Shown piece by piece: positions 1-10,300 of a stretch of DNA of 61,592 bases. The stretch's first letter is position 1; each line of letters opens with the position of its first letter. Source of the stretch: a virus (taxonomy: Duplodnaviria > Caudoviricetes); the IMG/VR virus record IMGVR_UViG_3300032561_000023, positions 1 to 61,592 of that record. One strand, 5' to 3'. The position numbers were made by a program, and so were the translations under genes. The notes under the pieces are model-generated. The model saw only the letters and a list, made by a program, of their open reading frames with translations. It ran no database searches and was not told the DNA's origin.

Positions 1-2
1 AT

Positions 3-452
3 TCTGTAACAATCGCTGGTTACACTCCAGTTGTAACATTAAGTTCTGGTTCAGCTACAGCTACAGCTACATTAGCCGCTCAAGTAACAAGTGGTTACAC
101 AGGACGTTACGAGCAGATTATTGCTAACGCCAACATTGGCGGAACATTGTATACTGATTGCGACATCATCAAGCAAGAAGGTTCACGTACATACCGTGTT
201 ATCCAACAAGGTGGTACATACCCAGGTACATTGTGCAAGCTAACAGCAGTTGCTGAAAGCAGTTTGACTACAGGTCAAATGGCAATCATTGCTACTGACA
301 GTGCTGGTGGTATCTATGCTGTATCTAAGTTAACAAACCGTAAGGCATACTTAACTCCAATTTCAGGTACACAGTTTACTACTGGACAAGCGGCCGCATG
401 GAACTTAACAAGTCCAACAGCTAACGTTTCAGTAACACTAGATAACGCTTAA
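3..452 (+). CDS. Virion structural protein, 5'-truncated (frame open from window start)
   Basis: The frame of ORF 147..452 has no stop back to position 3 (SVTIAGYTPVVTLSSGSATATA...). Thr/Ala/Gly-rich and followed by a hairpin. Confidence 0.7.
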   Translation, partial: SVTIAGYTPVVTLSSGSATATATLAAQVTSGYTGRYEQIIANANIGGTLYTDCDIIKQEGSRTYRVIQQGGTYPGTLCKLTAVAESSLTTGQMAIIATDSAGGIYAVSKLTNRKAYLTPISGTQFTTGQAAAWNLTSPTANVSVTLDNA

Positions 453-461
453 TAAACTCAA

Positions 462-479
462 TGGGGACTTCGGTCCCCA
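462..479 (+). terminator. C(UUCG)G hairpin without U-tract (RNA stability element or weak terminator)
   Basis: TGGGGAC-TTCG-GTCCCCA, intergenic. Confidence 0.6.
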
Positions 480-492
480 ATTAGGATTCTAA

Positions 493-1722
493 ATGACAAG
501 AGTTGTAAAAACAAACCAAGGCGATTACCACATATTAGTTCAAAACGGTGGGACAATTATTCTTGACCCTACTAGTTCTGGTCAGGTAACAGTCACTGGC
601 AATCTTGTTGTTAATGGTACAACTACTACAATTAATTCAAGTAATTTGAATGTTGAAGTAAACATATTACAAATTAATGCAGGACTAACTACCAATGGAA
701 TTCCTAGTTCGTTAAGTTATCAATCAGGCCTTCAAGTAGATAGAGGTGTTGCACAACCAGCACAACTGATCTTTGATGAATCAGTAAGACATTATGATCC
801 AACAACTTCTATAGCGGCTACAAGCTATACTGCAACAGGATCAGCAGTAACATTTAATTTTTCAACACAAGGTGCAGTACCATTTCCCGTAGCTTCAAAC
901 GGAAGTACTGGATCAGTTATTGTAGTTGCAGGATTTAGTCCTTCAGCTTATAACGGAACATATACAGTAACAGCTTGCACTACAAGTTCTGTTACTTTTG
1001 CTAGCACAACCACTAGCACAATTACAACATTAGGTACTATAACTTTAAACAAAGGTGGTACTTTTAAATTACAAACAGCAGACGGCATTTTAGGCGGACT
1101 GCAATTAAGAACATTAACAAATGATGGAAACAGTTACCTTGAAGTAGATTTACAAAAAGGAACTCCAACATTTAGATTAGCAAATTCAACAAACGGAGCA
1201 GGAACTCCTTACTCATATCGTGCAGTAAACGCTGACGATATTGTAACAGTTGCATGGGTACAAAATTATATTGCAAGTAGTTGGAGTTCAGGTTCTCCAA
1301 GTGTGCAAGGTACAGCTACAGTTACAACTATTCAACAACCAGTTGGTGTAGCAATCGGATCTGCTAACTCTGCTATTCAAGCATTAAGTTCAAACATTCT
1401 TTTTCAAATTGCTGGATCAACTATCAGCACTTTGAGTTCAACTGGCTTGTTAACTGGTAACGTAAACATTGCAGGTGATACTGTTTCGAATACAACAAAT
1501 GATTTGATACTAAGTGCAAATACTGGAAACGTTCAAGTAAATGCGGTGTTAGATTTAAATAATCAATCAACACCTACATATACAAGCGGCAAAACAAAGA
1601 TATATTCTAGTTCAACTATTGGACCAGGAAGAACAGGTGTGTACATTACAAACAGTACTGTACAAACTCCAGACGAATTGATTAGTAGACAACGAGCAAC
1701 TTTGCTAAGTATTTTACTATAA
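493..1722 (+). CDS. Virion structural / fibre-like protein
   Basis: 409 aa with the fibre motif VTGNLVVNGTTTTINSSNLNVEVNILQIN and SGLQVDRG. AGGA upstream. Confidence 0.65.
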   Translation: MTRVVKTNQGDYHILVQNGGTIILDPTSSGQVTVTGNLVVNGTTTTINSSNLNVEVNILQINAGLTTNGIPSSLSYQSGLQVDRGVAQPAQLIFDESVRHYDPTTSIAATSYTATGSAVTFNFSTQGAVPFPVASNGSTGSVIVVAGFSPSAYNGTYTVTACTTSSVTFASTTTSTITTLGTITLNKGGTFKLQTADGILGGLQLRTLTNDGNSYLEVDLQKGTPTFRLANSTNGAGTPYSYRAVNADDIVTVAWVQNYIASSWSSGSPSVQGTATVTTIQQPVGVAIGSANSAIQALSSNILFQIAGSTISTLSSTGLLTGNVNIAGDTVSNTTNDLILSANTGNVQVNAVLDLNNQSTPTYTSGKTKIYSSSTIGPGRTGVYITNSTVQTPDELISRQRATLLSILL

Positions 1723-1731
1723 GGATAGAAC

Positions 1732-2067
1732 ATGGCATTAACATCAACATTAATCGGAACAACAAACACAACAGTTTATACTAGTTCAGTAACCGCTCCA
1801 CAGATCGGTAATGCTATCACTTGCATGATTGTTTGCAACACAGGTGCAGTAAGTTCAAACTTAACATTATACGCAGTTCCTAACAATGCAGGATCTGTTG
1901 GAACAGCAAGTTCATCAAACATGATTATAAACGCATTAGCAGTTCCTGCAGGTGAAACTGTAAGTCTAGATCAAGAAAAATTAGTATTAAGTGGAAACGA
2001 TACAATCGTAGCAGTTAGCAGTCAAGCTAGCACATTGAATATAACTTTAAGCACATTGCCAGTATAA
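1732..2067 (+). CDS. Small beta-rich structural protein (paralog family 1 of 3)
   Basis: 111 aa with AAGGA SD. Similar by eye to 6632..6964 and 27730..28068. Confidence 0.6.
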   Translation: MALTSTLIGTTNTTVYTSSVTAPQIGNAITCMIVCNTGAVSSNLTLYAVPNNAGSVGTASSSNMIINALAVPAGETVSLDQEKLVLSGNDTIVAVSSQASTLNITLSTLPV

Positions 2068-3266
2068 TGAGATTCCTTAAACAACAAACTCTTAGTCGTC
2101 GAGCAATTTTTGATACTACTGTATACTCAGATACAGCAAATGCCAACGTCTATATAAAACCTACAGGTGCAGGAAGTTTAGTAGTTCCTAATGGTACAAC
2201 TGGTCAACGTCCTGGCAGTCCAACAGCCGGAATGATGCGCTATAATACAACTACAAATGAAATTGAAGTATATCAAGGTAGTGCATGGCGTGCCTTAAGA
2301 TTCAAAGAAGCTACTCAAGTTGTCCAACAAAACTTAGGAGCAGGTGACAGCTCTAGCACTTATTTTGGACCTCTAAACTCAGTATACTATAACCCAACAA
2401 ATATTTCAAGCGATGTTACAAACTTTGGCGCACAGAATATTTTAGTCTATGTTGAAAACATTCCTCAACTTTCTGGTATCAACTATAGTGTTGTACAAAA
2501 CCCAACAATCACTGGATCAACCTATACACCAACATTAAGTTATGCGGCTGTAAGCGGATCAACAACTTTATATTTTAATACAAGTCTTATTGCAACAACA
2601 GCTTCATGGTCAGCTAACGTAGTAACAATTTCATTTCCAGCACAAACACAACAACCATTTGCAACCGGTGCTACTATTACGGTAACAGGATTCACACCGA
2701 GTGGATATAATGGTGTATTCACAGTTACAGGCGGATCATCAACTACTGTAACTTATGCACTAGCATCCAATCCAGGAACTATGACAGTAACAGGTACAGT
2801 AACAGCAAGCGGAACAACTCCAGCAGTTTTTGCGGCAAGTCAAAGTACAACTGTTACAGCTGGATCTTTTATATTAGGTACAACTTATACAATTACAACT
2901 GTTGGTACAACATCATTTACATCAATCGGTGCGTCAAACAATAACGTTGGTACAAGTTTTGTTGCAACAGGTGTTGGTAGCGGAACTGGTACAGCAACGA
3001 CAGTTACTGGAGACATTCTTAATGCACAAGTTACAGGTACAAACATTCAAGCAAGTACCGTAGTAACAGCATTTACAACAGATCCAAATACAGATGCATT
3101 AACTAGTATTACACTAAGCAAAGCAACTACAACAAGTACTTTAGCAGTGAATACACAAATTACAATCGCAGATGTAAGCACACTTGAATCAGGATACTAT
3201 TTGCAATTTACTGCACCAGTACCTTACGGAAAAACTGTCGTAGCATTGCTTGGTTTTGACCAGTAA
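2067..3266 (+). CDS. Virion structural / fibre-associated protein
   Basis: 399 aa, translationally coupled (TAATG). Motif VPNGTTGQRP..GMMRYNTTTNEIEVYQGSAW; Thr-rich modules. Confidence 0.65.
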   Translation: MRFLKQQTLSRRAIFDTTVYSDTANANVYIKPTGAGSLVVPNGTTGQRPGSPTAGMMRYNTTTNEIEVYQGSAWRALRFKEATQVVQQNLGAGDSSSTYFGPLNSVYYNPTNISSDVTNFGAQNILVYVENIPQLSGINYSVVQNPTITGSTYTPTLSYAAVSGSTTLYFNTSLIATTASWSANVVTISFPAQTQQPFATGATITVTGFTPSGYNGVFTVTGGSSTTVTYALASNPGTMTVTGTVTASGTTPAVFAASQSTTVTAGSFILGTTYTITTVGTTSFTSIGASNNNVGTSFVATGVGSGTGTATTVTGDILNAQVTGTNIQASTVVTAFTTDPNTDALTSITLSKATTTSTLAVNTQITIADVSTLESGYYLQFTAPVPYGKTVVALLGFDQ

Positions 3267-3279
3267 TTAGGAGCCTACC

Positions 3280-4350
3280 ATGGGGCGAGAACTAGGTAGA
3301 ATTAGCGGTCCGCTACTATCGGACAATCTGTTACGTAACGGTAATAATCTTGCCTTTGACACACAAGTTTTATATGTAGACGTTAATAACAAGCGTATTG
3401 GTTTTAATACTACAACACCTGTTAACGATTTATATACACCAAACGCAATTGACACAACTACCCTAATAGTCGATTCTACAGCTGATATTGGCAATTTTGT
3501 AATTAGTACCAATAACATTCAAAACGCAGTTGGTAACATTACTTTTAGTTCATCGAATACTGTAGTTGCACCCGGACTAACAACAAATAATCTATATTTG
3601 TATAGCAATAACATTACCGATACCGTAACCAATAATAGTATAAATGTTACAGCGAACGGGTCAGGAACCATTAATCTTGCCAATGGAAACGGGAATGTTC
3701 AAGTTACAGTTAGCGGAAATTTACATGCTACAGGTAACATAACTTTTGATGGAAATATTACTTTAGGAACAAGTTCGAGTAATACAATTAATTTTACAGC
3801 AGAAGTTAACAGTAATATTTTACCTTCAACTACTAATACATACACATTGGGTTCGGGCACAAATCGTTGGAATAATGTCTATACCAACACATTTTCTGTA
3901 AGTTCTACAACAGTTCCAACAACGTCAGCAACAACTTTAAATGCTGGTAATTTAAGTTTCAATGGAAGCACAATTACTAATAATAGTGCATCTGCTAACT
4001 TACAAATACTTCCAACAGGCACAGGAATTATTAGTCTAAACGGAACACAATTTACAGCAGTTAACCAAAATAGTATCACAAATCCGTCAAATGGTGCTTA
4101 TACCCTAGCTGGTACTGCGGCAGGATATTATAAGTTTGCAGGTACAGCAGGTACAGCTATTCCAACAGGTACAACAGCCCAGCGTCCAGTTAATGCAACA
4201 ACTGGTATGATTCGTTTCAATACGTCACTTGGCTATGGAGAATTTTATAATGGTAGTGCATGGAGCGCAATCGGTGGTGCAAGTGCTACTTTAAGTCTTG
4301 ATCAAGTGACTAACATTATGATTACCGATGCCATAATCTTTGGTAGATAA
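3280..4350 (+). CDS. Tail-fibre-like structural protein
   Basis: 356 aa with AGGAG SD. Motifs GRISGPLL.DNLLRNG, NSNILPSTTNTYTLGSGTNRW and C-terminal GMIRFNT. Paralog of 4490..6625. Confidence 0.7.
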   Translation: MGRELGRISGPLLSDNLLRNGNNLAFDTQVLYVDVNNKRIGFNTTTPVNDLYTPNAIDTTTLIVDSTADIGNFVISTNNIQNAVGNITFSSSNTVVAPGLTTNNLYLYSNNITDTVTNNSINVTANGSGTINLANGNGNVQVTVSGNLHATGNITFDGNITLGTSSSNTINFTAEVNSNILPSTTNTYTLGSGTNRWNNVYTNTFSVSSTTVPTTSATTLNAGNLSFNGSTITNNSASANLQILPTGTGIISLNGTQFTAVNQNSITNPSNGAYTLAGTAAGYYKFAGTAGTAIPTGTTAQRPVNATTGMIRFNTSLGYGEFYNGSAWSAIGGASATLSLDQVTNIMITDAIIFGR

Positions 4351-4370
4351 ACCCAAAAACTTAAAACAGC

Positions 4371-4376
4371 TAAATA
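4371..4376 (+). promoter_or_regulatory. Late-promoter-like TAAATA box
   Basis: CTAAATA in intergenic DNA. The same box precedes many structural genes and resembles the T4 late promoter TATAAATA. Confidence 0.55.
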
Positions 4377-4383
4377 CATTGAT

Positions 4384-4489
4384 TACGAAAAATGACCATT
4401 TTTCGTATGGTTAAACAGTGGTAAACCCGCTAAGAGCGTACAGCTGAAAAAGTGGTTAACCGTGAAACACGGGGTATACGGGAGCGTAA
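4384..4489 (+). ncRNA. Candidate structured 5' leader RNA
   Basis: Three hairpins (4384-4407, 4428-4438, 4460-4472) in an unusually long intergenic gap between the TAAATA box and a GGAG SD. Confidence 0.4.
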
Positions 4490-6625
4490 ATGGCTGTTGG
4501 TCGAATTTCGGGTCCGCTCTTAAAGGATAATTTACTTCGTAATGGAGTGAACTTAGCCTTCGAGACGAGCCTTCTCTACTTGGATGTTAATAACAGCCGC
4601 GTCGGCATTAACACCACCACGCCCACAAATGATTTAAGTGTTAATGGCACAACCCGTACTACCAATTTATACATCAGTGGATCATCTACTCTAGGAAATA
4701 TTACCTTTACAGGTAGTACAATTTCTAGTACAGCTACTAATATCACATTCACACCAAGCGGTGGTAGTCCAGCAGTTAACATGACGACTGCCGCTATTGG
4801 TAACTTGCAACTTACTGGAAATAACCTAAGTTCAACTAATACCAATGGCAATATTAATATTACGGCAAATGGTACTGGTGCAATTAATCTTAATAATAAT
4901 GTTCTAGTAACAGGTAATTTACACGCTACTGGAACAATTACTGCTGATGGAAATATTACACTTGGAGCCGCAAGTAACGACACCGTTACATTCACAGGCG
5001 AAGTTAACAGTAACATTTTACCAGCAACTGATAATACATATACTTTAGGTTCAAATAGTTTAACTTGGGCAAACGTATACACCGCTGGCTTAACAACTAG
5101 TACATTTTCATCAACAACACTAAACACAACAACATTTAATACTAGCAACTTAACAGTTTCTGGAAGTACTATTCAGGCTACCGGAACTAATACTAGTATC
5201 TATTTTAACTCTACTGGCACTGGCGGTATTGTGTTTGGTAATTTGCAATTTACAAATAATACTATTACTAATATTGTGCCAAATGCTGTGACACAATTCA
5301 CAGAAACAACAAGTAGTGCAAGTTTTACAGGAACTATCGCACCAGGGACACCAATTGCAATTACAGCAAGTATCGCTGGTTCAGTATTGACTGTTTCACA
5401 AGTTCCATTTTGGGTTCCAGGCGGAAGTATTTCATTTGCTGGCTATACTCAGTATTTGAGTATGAGCCCAGGCATCATTGTTGGAAACGGCGCATTTACA
5501 GCAGAAGCATGGTTCTACATGACTACTGGTACACCAGCATTTATTTTTGGCGGATCATCAAATTATGGATTTGGATTACACATTGATTCAATGACTAGCA
5601 TTTCGAGTTCAACATTCAATGTAACAAGTAACTCATACACCGTTCCAACAATGAATCTAAACACTTGGTATCATGTGGCTGTAACACGTAACAGCTCAGG
5701 AGTTGAGACATTATTTTTAAATGGAACACGTTCAACCACTGGTACAACAAGTACAAATTTAAACTATCAAGGGTTTACTTCATTAATTGGTGAGCAAGGT
5801 AACTTAGGATACTTTGCCGGAAGATTAACTAATTTAAGAATAGTAGTTGGCAGTAATGTCTATGACCCAACACAAACAACTATAACAGTTCCAAATAGTG
5901 CGTTGACTGCGGTAGCTAATACAAAATTGTTGTTAGATGCATCAACTCCATCTACTTACACAACAGATACATCTGGACCTTCAGGATACCAAACATTAAC
6001 AGCAAATGGTCCAACTTTTTCAGTTGCAACACCGTATGCATCAGGAACCCCAACAATTATTCCTGGAATGGTATTAACTGGAAGTAGTATAACTAACGGT
6101 ACATTTATTGTAAACAATATTTCTGGATCAGGTACAAGCACTGGTACTTGGGGTATTAGCGTGTCATATGCAAATGCTATTAATAGTGAAACAATGACAG
6201 CCACTCCAGTTATTTTAAATGTGTCAGCAGTTGCAAGTGGAACAATTTTAGCAGGTATGTCTTTAAGCGGTACAGGTATTACATCTGGAACTGGAATTGT
6301 CCAAGTCGGTACAGGATCTGGAGGAACAGGAACATATTACGTTGCGCCAAGTCAAACAGTATCTACTCCAACAACAATTTCTGGAACAAGTCAAGGATTT
6401 GTACAATTTGCAGGAACAGGCGGTGTTGTAATTCCTGTTGGTAATAATAGTAACTATCCTAGCACACTTTATGAGCAAACTGGAATGATTCGTTTTAATA
6501 CAGATCAACAATATGTTGAGGTATATAATGGATCTGGTTGGGGAAGTGTTGCAGGTAGTAGCTCAGGTGTGACAACATCTACAGCAAACTCAATTGGAGC
6601 TGGTCTGGCACTAGCATTAGGATAA
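4490..6625 (+). CDS. Tail-fibre-like protein with LamG/ConA-like lectin domain
   Basis: 711 aa. FTAEAWFY...LNTWYHVAVTRNSSG..LFLNG...YFAGRLTNLRI is a LamG-type signature. Both termini resemble 3280..4350. Confidence 0.7.
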   Translation: MAVGRISGPLLKDNLLRNGVNLAFETSLLYLDVNNSRVGINTTTPTNDLSVNGTTRTTNLYISGSSTLGNITFTGSTISSTATNITFTPSGGSPAVNMTTAAIGNLQLTGNNLSSTNTNGNINITANGTGAINLNNNVLVTGNLHATGTITADGNITLGAASNDTVTFTGEVNSNILPATDNTYTLGSNSLTWANVYTAGLTTSTFSSTTLNTTTFNTSNLTVSGSTIQATGTNTSIYFNSTGTGGIVFGNLQFTNNTITNIVPNAVTQFTETTSSASFTGTIAPGTPIAITASIAGSVLTVSQVPFWVPGGSISFAGYTQYLSMSPGIIVGNGAFTAEAWFYMTTGTPAFIFGGSSNYGFGLHIDSMTSISSSTFNVTSNSYTVPTMNLNTWYHVAVTRNSSGVETLFLNGTRSTTGTTSTNLNYQGFTSLIGEQGNLGYFAGRLTNLRIVVGSNVYDPTQTTITVPNSALTAVANTKLLLDASTPSTYTTDTSGPSGYQTLTANGPTFSVATPYASGTPTIIPGMVLTGSSITNGTFIVNNISGSGTSTGTWGISVSYANAINSETMTATPVILNVSAVASGTILAGMSLSGTGITSGTGIVQVGTGSGGTGTYYVAPSQTVSTPTTISGTSQGFVQFAGTGGVVIPVGNNSNYPSTLYEQTGMIRFNTDQQYVEVYNGSGWGSVAGSSSGVTTSTANSIGAGLALALG

Positions 6626-6631
6626 GAGATT

Positions 6632-6964
6632 ATGGGAACAGTATTTAAAAACGCATTAGCAACAGGATTAGGAACAACTCCAACAACCGTATTGACAACT
6701 AACGGTAGTGCAACAACAACCGTTATTGGACTAAGTTTAACTAATACTACTAGCAGTATTATTCAAGCTAGCATTCAATTACAAGATACAGTAGCAGGAA
6801 CACTTGCATATTTTATAAACAACATAACCATCCCGCCGAATAGTAGCGCACGGGTAGTTACAGGCGGTGAAAAATTAAATCTGGGACCACTCACTTATGT
6901 GATTATTACATCAAATCTTGCTAGCAGTATAGATTTAGTAATGAGTTGGGTCGAGATCAGTTAA
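6632..6964 (+). CDS. Small beta-rich structural protein (paralog 2 of 3)
   Basis: 110 aa. TVIGLSLTNT...NNITIPPNSS...GEKLNL resembles 1732..2067. Confidence 0.6.
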   Translation: MGTVFKNALATGLGTTPTTVLTTNGSATTTVIGLSLTNTTSSIIQASIQLQDTVAGTLAYFINNITIPPNSSARVVTGGEKLNLGPLTYVIITSNLASSIDLVMSWVEIS

Positions 6965-6979
6965 AGGATAATTACTATT

Positions 6980-7360
6980 ATGGCATATACAATTGGAACA
7001 GAACTTAATCAAAGCGACAACTTAGGTGAAGGTAATCCCCGATATTTTTATGGATTACAACGTTTAGATGATGGTACATTATACTTTTACAAAATCGATC
7101 AGCTAACATCTAGTGCAACATTAACACTAAATGTCCCAGGACCAAACGGCTCAAACTTTGAACAATTTGAATATGGAGTTGATTTCTTTGACGGACGTTT
7201 GGCAACAGATCATAGCCGTCCTTATCCTAACTTGATTTTTGATCAATATCGTTTTGATAATAAAAATTGTTATTATTATTTAGATAGTCAAGGCGAGTTA
7301 GTTGTACGTGTTAATCAAACATATACATATTCACAAGCACAAATTATTTCGTCGAACTAA
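6980..7360 (+). CDS. Hypothetical protein, probably virion-associated
   Basis: 126 aa with AAGGA SD, aromatic-rich, inside the structural operon. Confidence 0.55.
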   Translation: MAYTIGTELNQSDNLGEGNPRYFYGLQRLDDGTLYFYKIDQLTSSATLTLNVPGPNGSNFEQFEYGVDFFDGRLATDHSRPYPNLIFDQYRFDNKNCYYYLDSQGELVVRVNQTYTYSQAQIISSN

Positions 7361-7375
7361 TAGGAAAGACAAAAC

Positions 7376-10300
7376 ATGGCACAAGAATTTAAAATTGGAA
7401 GATTGCGTTTTACATGGGCAGGTGCATGGCTACCTGGAACTATGTACGCTCGAGATACTGTAGTTAGTTATCAAGGTAAAACCTATGTTTGTCTAGTACC
7501 AAATACATCTAGTTCAATAAGTTTTTATAATGACTTAAATGCATCCACACCATTATGGAATTTAATTTTAGATGGTAAATCATTTTTAGGAATATGGTCG
7601 ACTGGAACATATTATAGTCTAGGTAACATTGTTATCTTTGGCGGATTTGTATACTACTGTAATACTCCGCACACTTCTACAACATTCGTCAGTCAATCCG
7701 GTAACTGGAGTATCTACACAGAATTTACACACTGGTTATTGTCATGGCAACCAAACACAGTCTACGGTGTTAATGACGTTGTAACTTACGGCGGAACAGT
7801 ATATAAGTGTATTGCTGATCATACTTCTGCTGGTACATTACAAGCTACCGGTGCTGTAGCAACAGGTTCTCAATTAACAATTAACTTTAATGCGTATACT
7901 GTACCTGTTTTTGCAACTGGTACTAGTGTTACATTATCGGGATTTGTTCCAACACAAATTAACGGAGTTTATACTGTTGTATCAAGTACAATTAGTAGTG
8001 TTACATTTAATTCTAGTATTGTTTTAGGCGGAAATATTTCAACAGCTGGTATTGCCGTCGGTGTTTCACAGTTAGGTTTAGAATTAAATCAAAGTGCATG
8101 GACTGTACTAGATCAGGGTGTTAGTTATACAGGAGCATGGACTCCGAATACTCGTTACAAATTAAACGACATTGTACAAGTCGGCGGTAATTTATATATT
8201 TGTACTCAGTATTTTGTTTCAGCATCTTCATTCTCTTACCCAACTTCATCTAGTTGGACTACAAACTGGTCAGTTTGGATTCCAGATGAACGTTACATGA
8301 GTGCTTGGAATTCAAGTTCAGTATATCAAGTAGGCGATATTGTAACCTATGGTGGTAATAACTATATCAATAATACTATTGGTAATCAAAATAACGTTCC
8401 TCCATTTGATACTACAGATTGGACGTTAATTGTTCCTGGATCGACAACTCCTGTCGACTGGATTGTTGGCGGATCTTACACTATTGGAACAGTTGTTCGT
8501 AGAAACGGTCAGTTATTCCAAGCAGTCATTGATAATACTGCACAAGATCCAACTGCAATTAGTATTGCAACAACTTATACCGCGGCAGGAAGTTCGGGTA
8601 CAACTATGGTTGTTGCTAGTACAACTGGTGTTCAAGTTGGAATGATTGTTATTGGTGCCGGATTTAGTCTTGGTCAAGCAGTTAACGCGATCCCAGTAGC
8701 AGGTACAGTTACGTTAAATTATGCCCCAGATGGAACATTAACTAATGGTCAAGCAATTAATTTTGTAGGTATTAACTATACATATTGGAAACTTTTAAAT
8801 CCAGGTGTGCTATGGACTAATCGCTGGGCAACAGGAAACTCATACGCCGTTGGCGACCTTGTTATCTGGCAAAATGCAACATACCAATGTGACCAAACAC
8901 ATACATCAACTGCATTAAATCGTCCAGATTTAGATGTGGCAAACACATATTGGAAAATTTACGTTGACCATTTTAGAAAAAATGCGTTGAATACATTAGG
9001 TGATATTGAATCATACAAGAACGGTTCTTATAATGCAATATCAGCAGGTACTACAGGATTTGTTTTACGTAGTACAAGCAACTATCCAACATGGAGTCAA
9101 ATCAACACAAGTAATAACGTATTTTATGTGTCAACACTTACTGGTCTTGATTCTCCAAACTACGGAAGAAGTTGGGATCGTCCTTGGAAAACTATTGCCT
9201 ATGCGGCCGCATTTGTTGGCGCAGGAACACAAAATCCAAACGCTGTTGCTTTATTAACATCTAACAAATCATGGATGTTAGCAGAGATGGTGCAATGGGC
9301 AAATTATCAAATTAATAATAATATTAGTCCGTATACAACATCGTATGCATTTAATTCAACAAAAGCCGCACGTGACGCAGGTTTAATTATCGATGCAATC
9401 GCATATGATCTTGCACGTGGAGGCAACAGTCAAACTGTAGCGGCCGCACTAAGTTTCTTTGCTTACGGCCAAACAAATACATTTATTAGCACAGCAGTAG
9501 CCGCAGATGTTCCGTACTATCTTCCAATGTTAAGTTATTTGAATAACTTAATAAGTTATGCATTAGGTCAAGTTGCACCTGGAACTAGTTATCAATCAGT
9601 TAACGGAATAAATCCTGTTGTTTATCAAAATACTTCTGGTCCTGCGGCTGAAGGAACAACAGTAGTTCAAGCTTCGAGTCTATTCACTTATATCTATACA
9701 GCATTGACAAATCAAAGTACAGCATTGTTACCAACACAGAACCAAGGTGTAGCATGTACTATTTTTGTTAAGACTGGAAATTATTACGAAACATTACCAA
9801 TTGTTGTTCCAGCTAACGTTGCAATTATTGGAGACGAATTAAGAGGAGTAGTTGTACAACCACGTACAAATATTTTCACAACATGTACTGCTACAACTGC
9901 TGGAACAAACTTATTTACAGTTACAAGTACAAACGGATTAGCAGATCAAATGCCAATTCAGTTTGCCGACCCAACAATATCAACAACAGCAGTTTATACA
10001 GCTATTGGTGGTAACGTTGTTGCAGGCCAAACATATTATGTCATTGGATCAACAATAACTTCAACACAATTTAGTGTTGCACAAAGTCCGACAACAACAT
10101 TTACTGGTAATACAACAATAAACAGTCAAACAATTACAGATGTTCCAAATATTATTGGACTTGCTGTAGGCGCCACAATTACAGGAGCTGGAATTCAATC
10201 TGGTACTACAATTACAAATATCACAACAGCACCAAGTAATTCAAGTTTGAATTCAATTACTATCAGTACAGCGGCAACAGCGACAGCTATTGGAATAACT

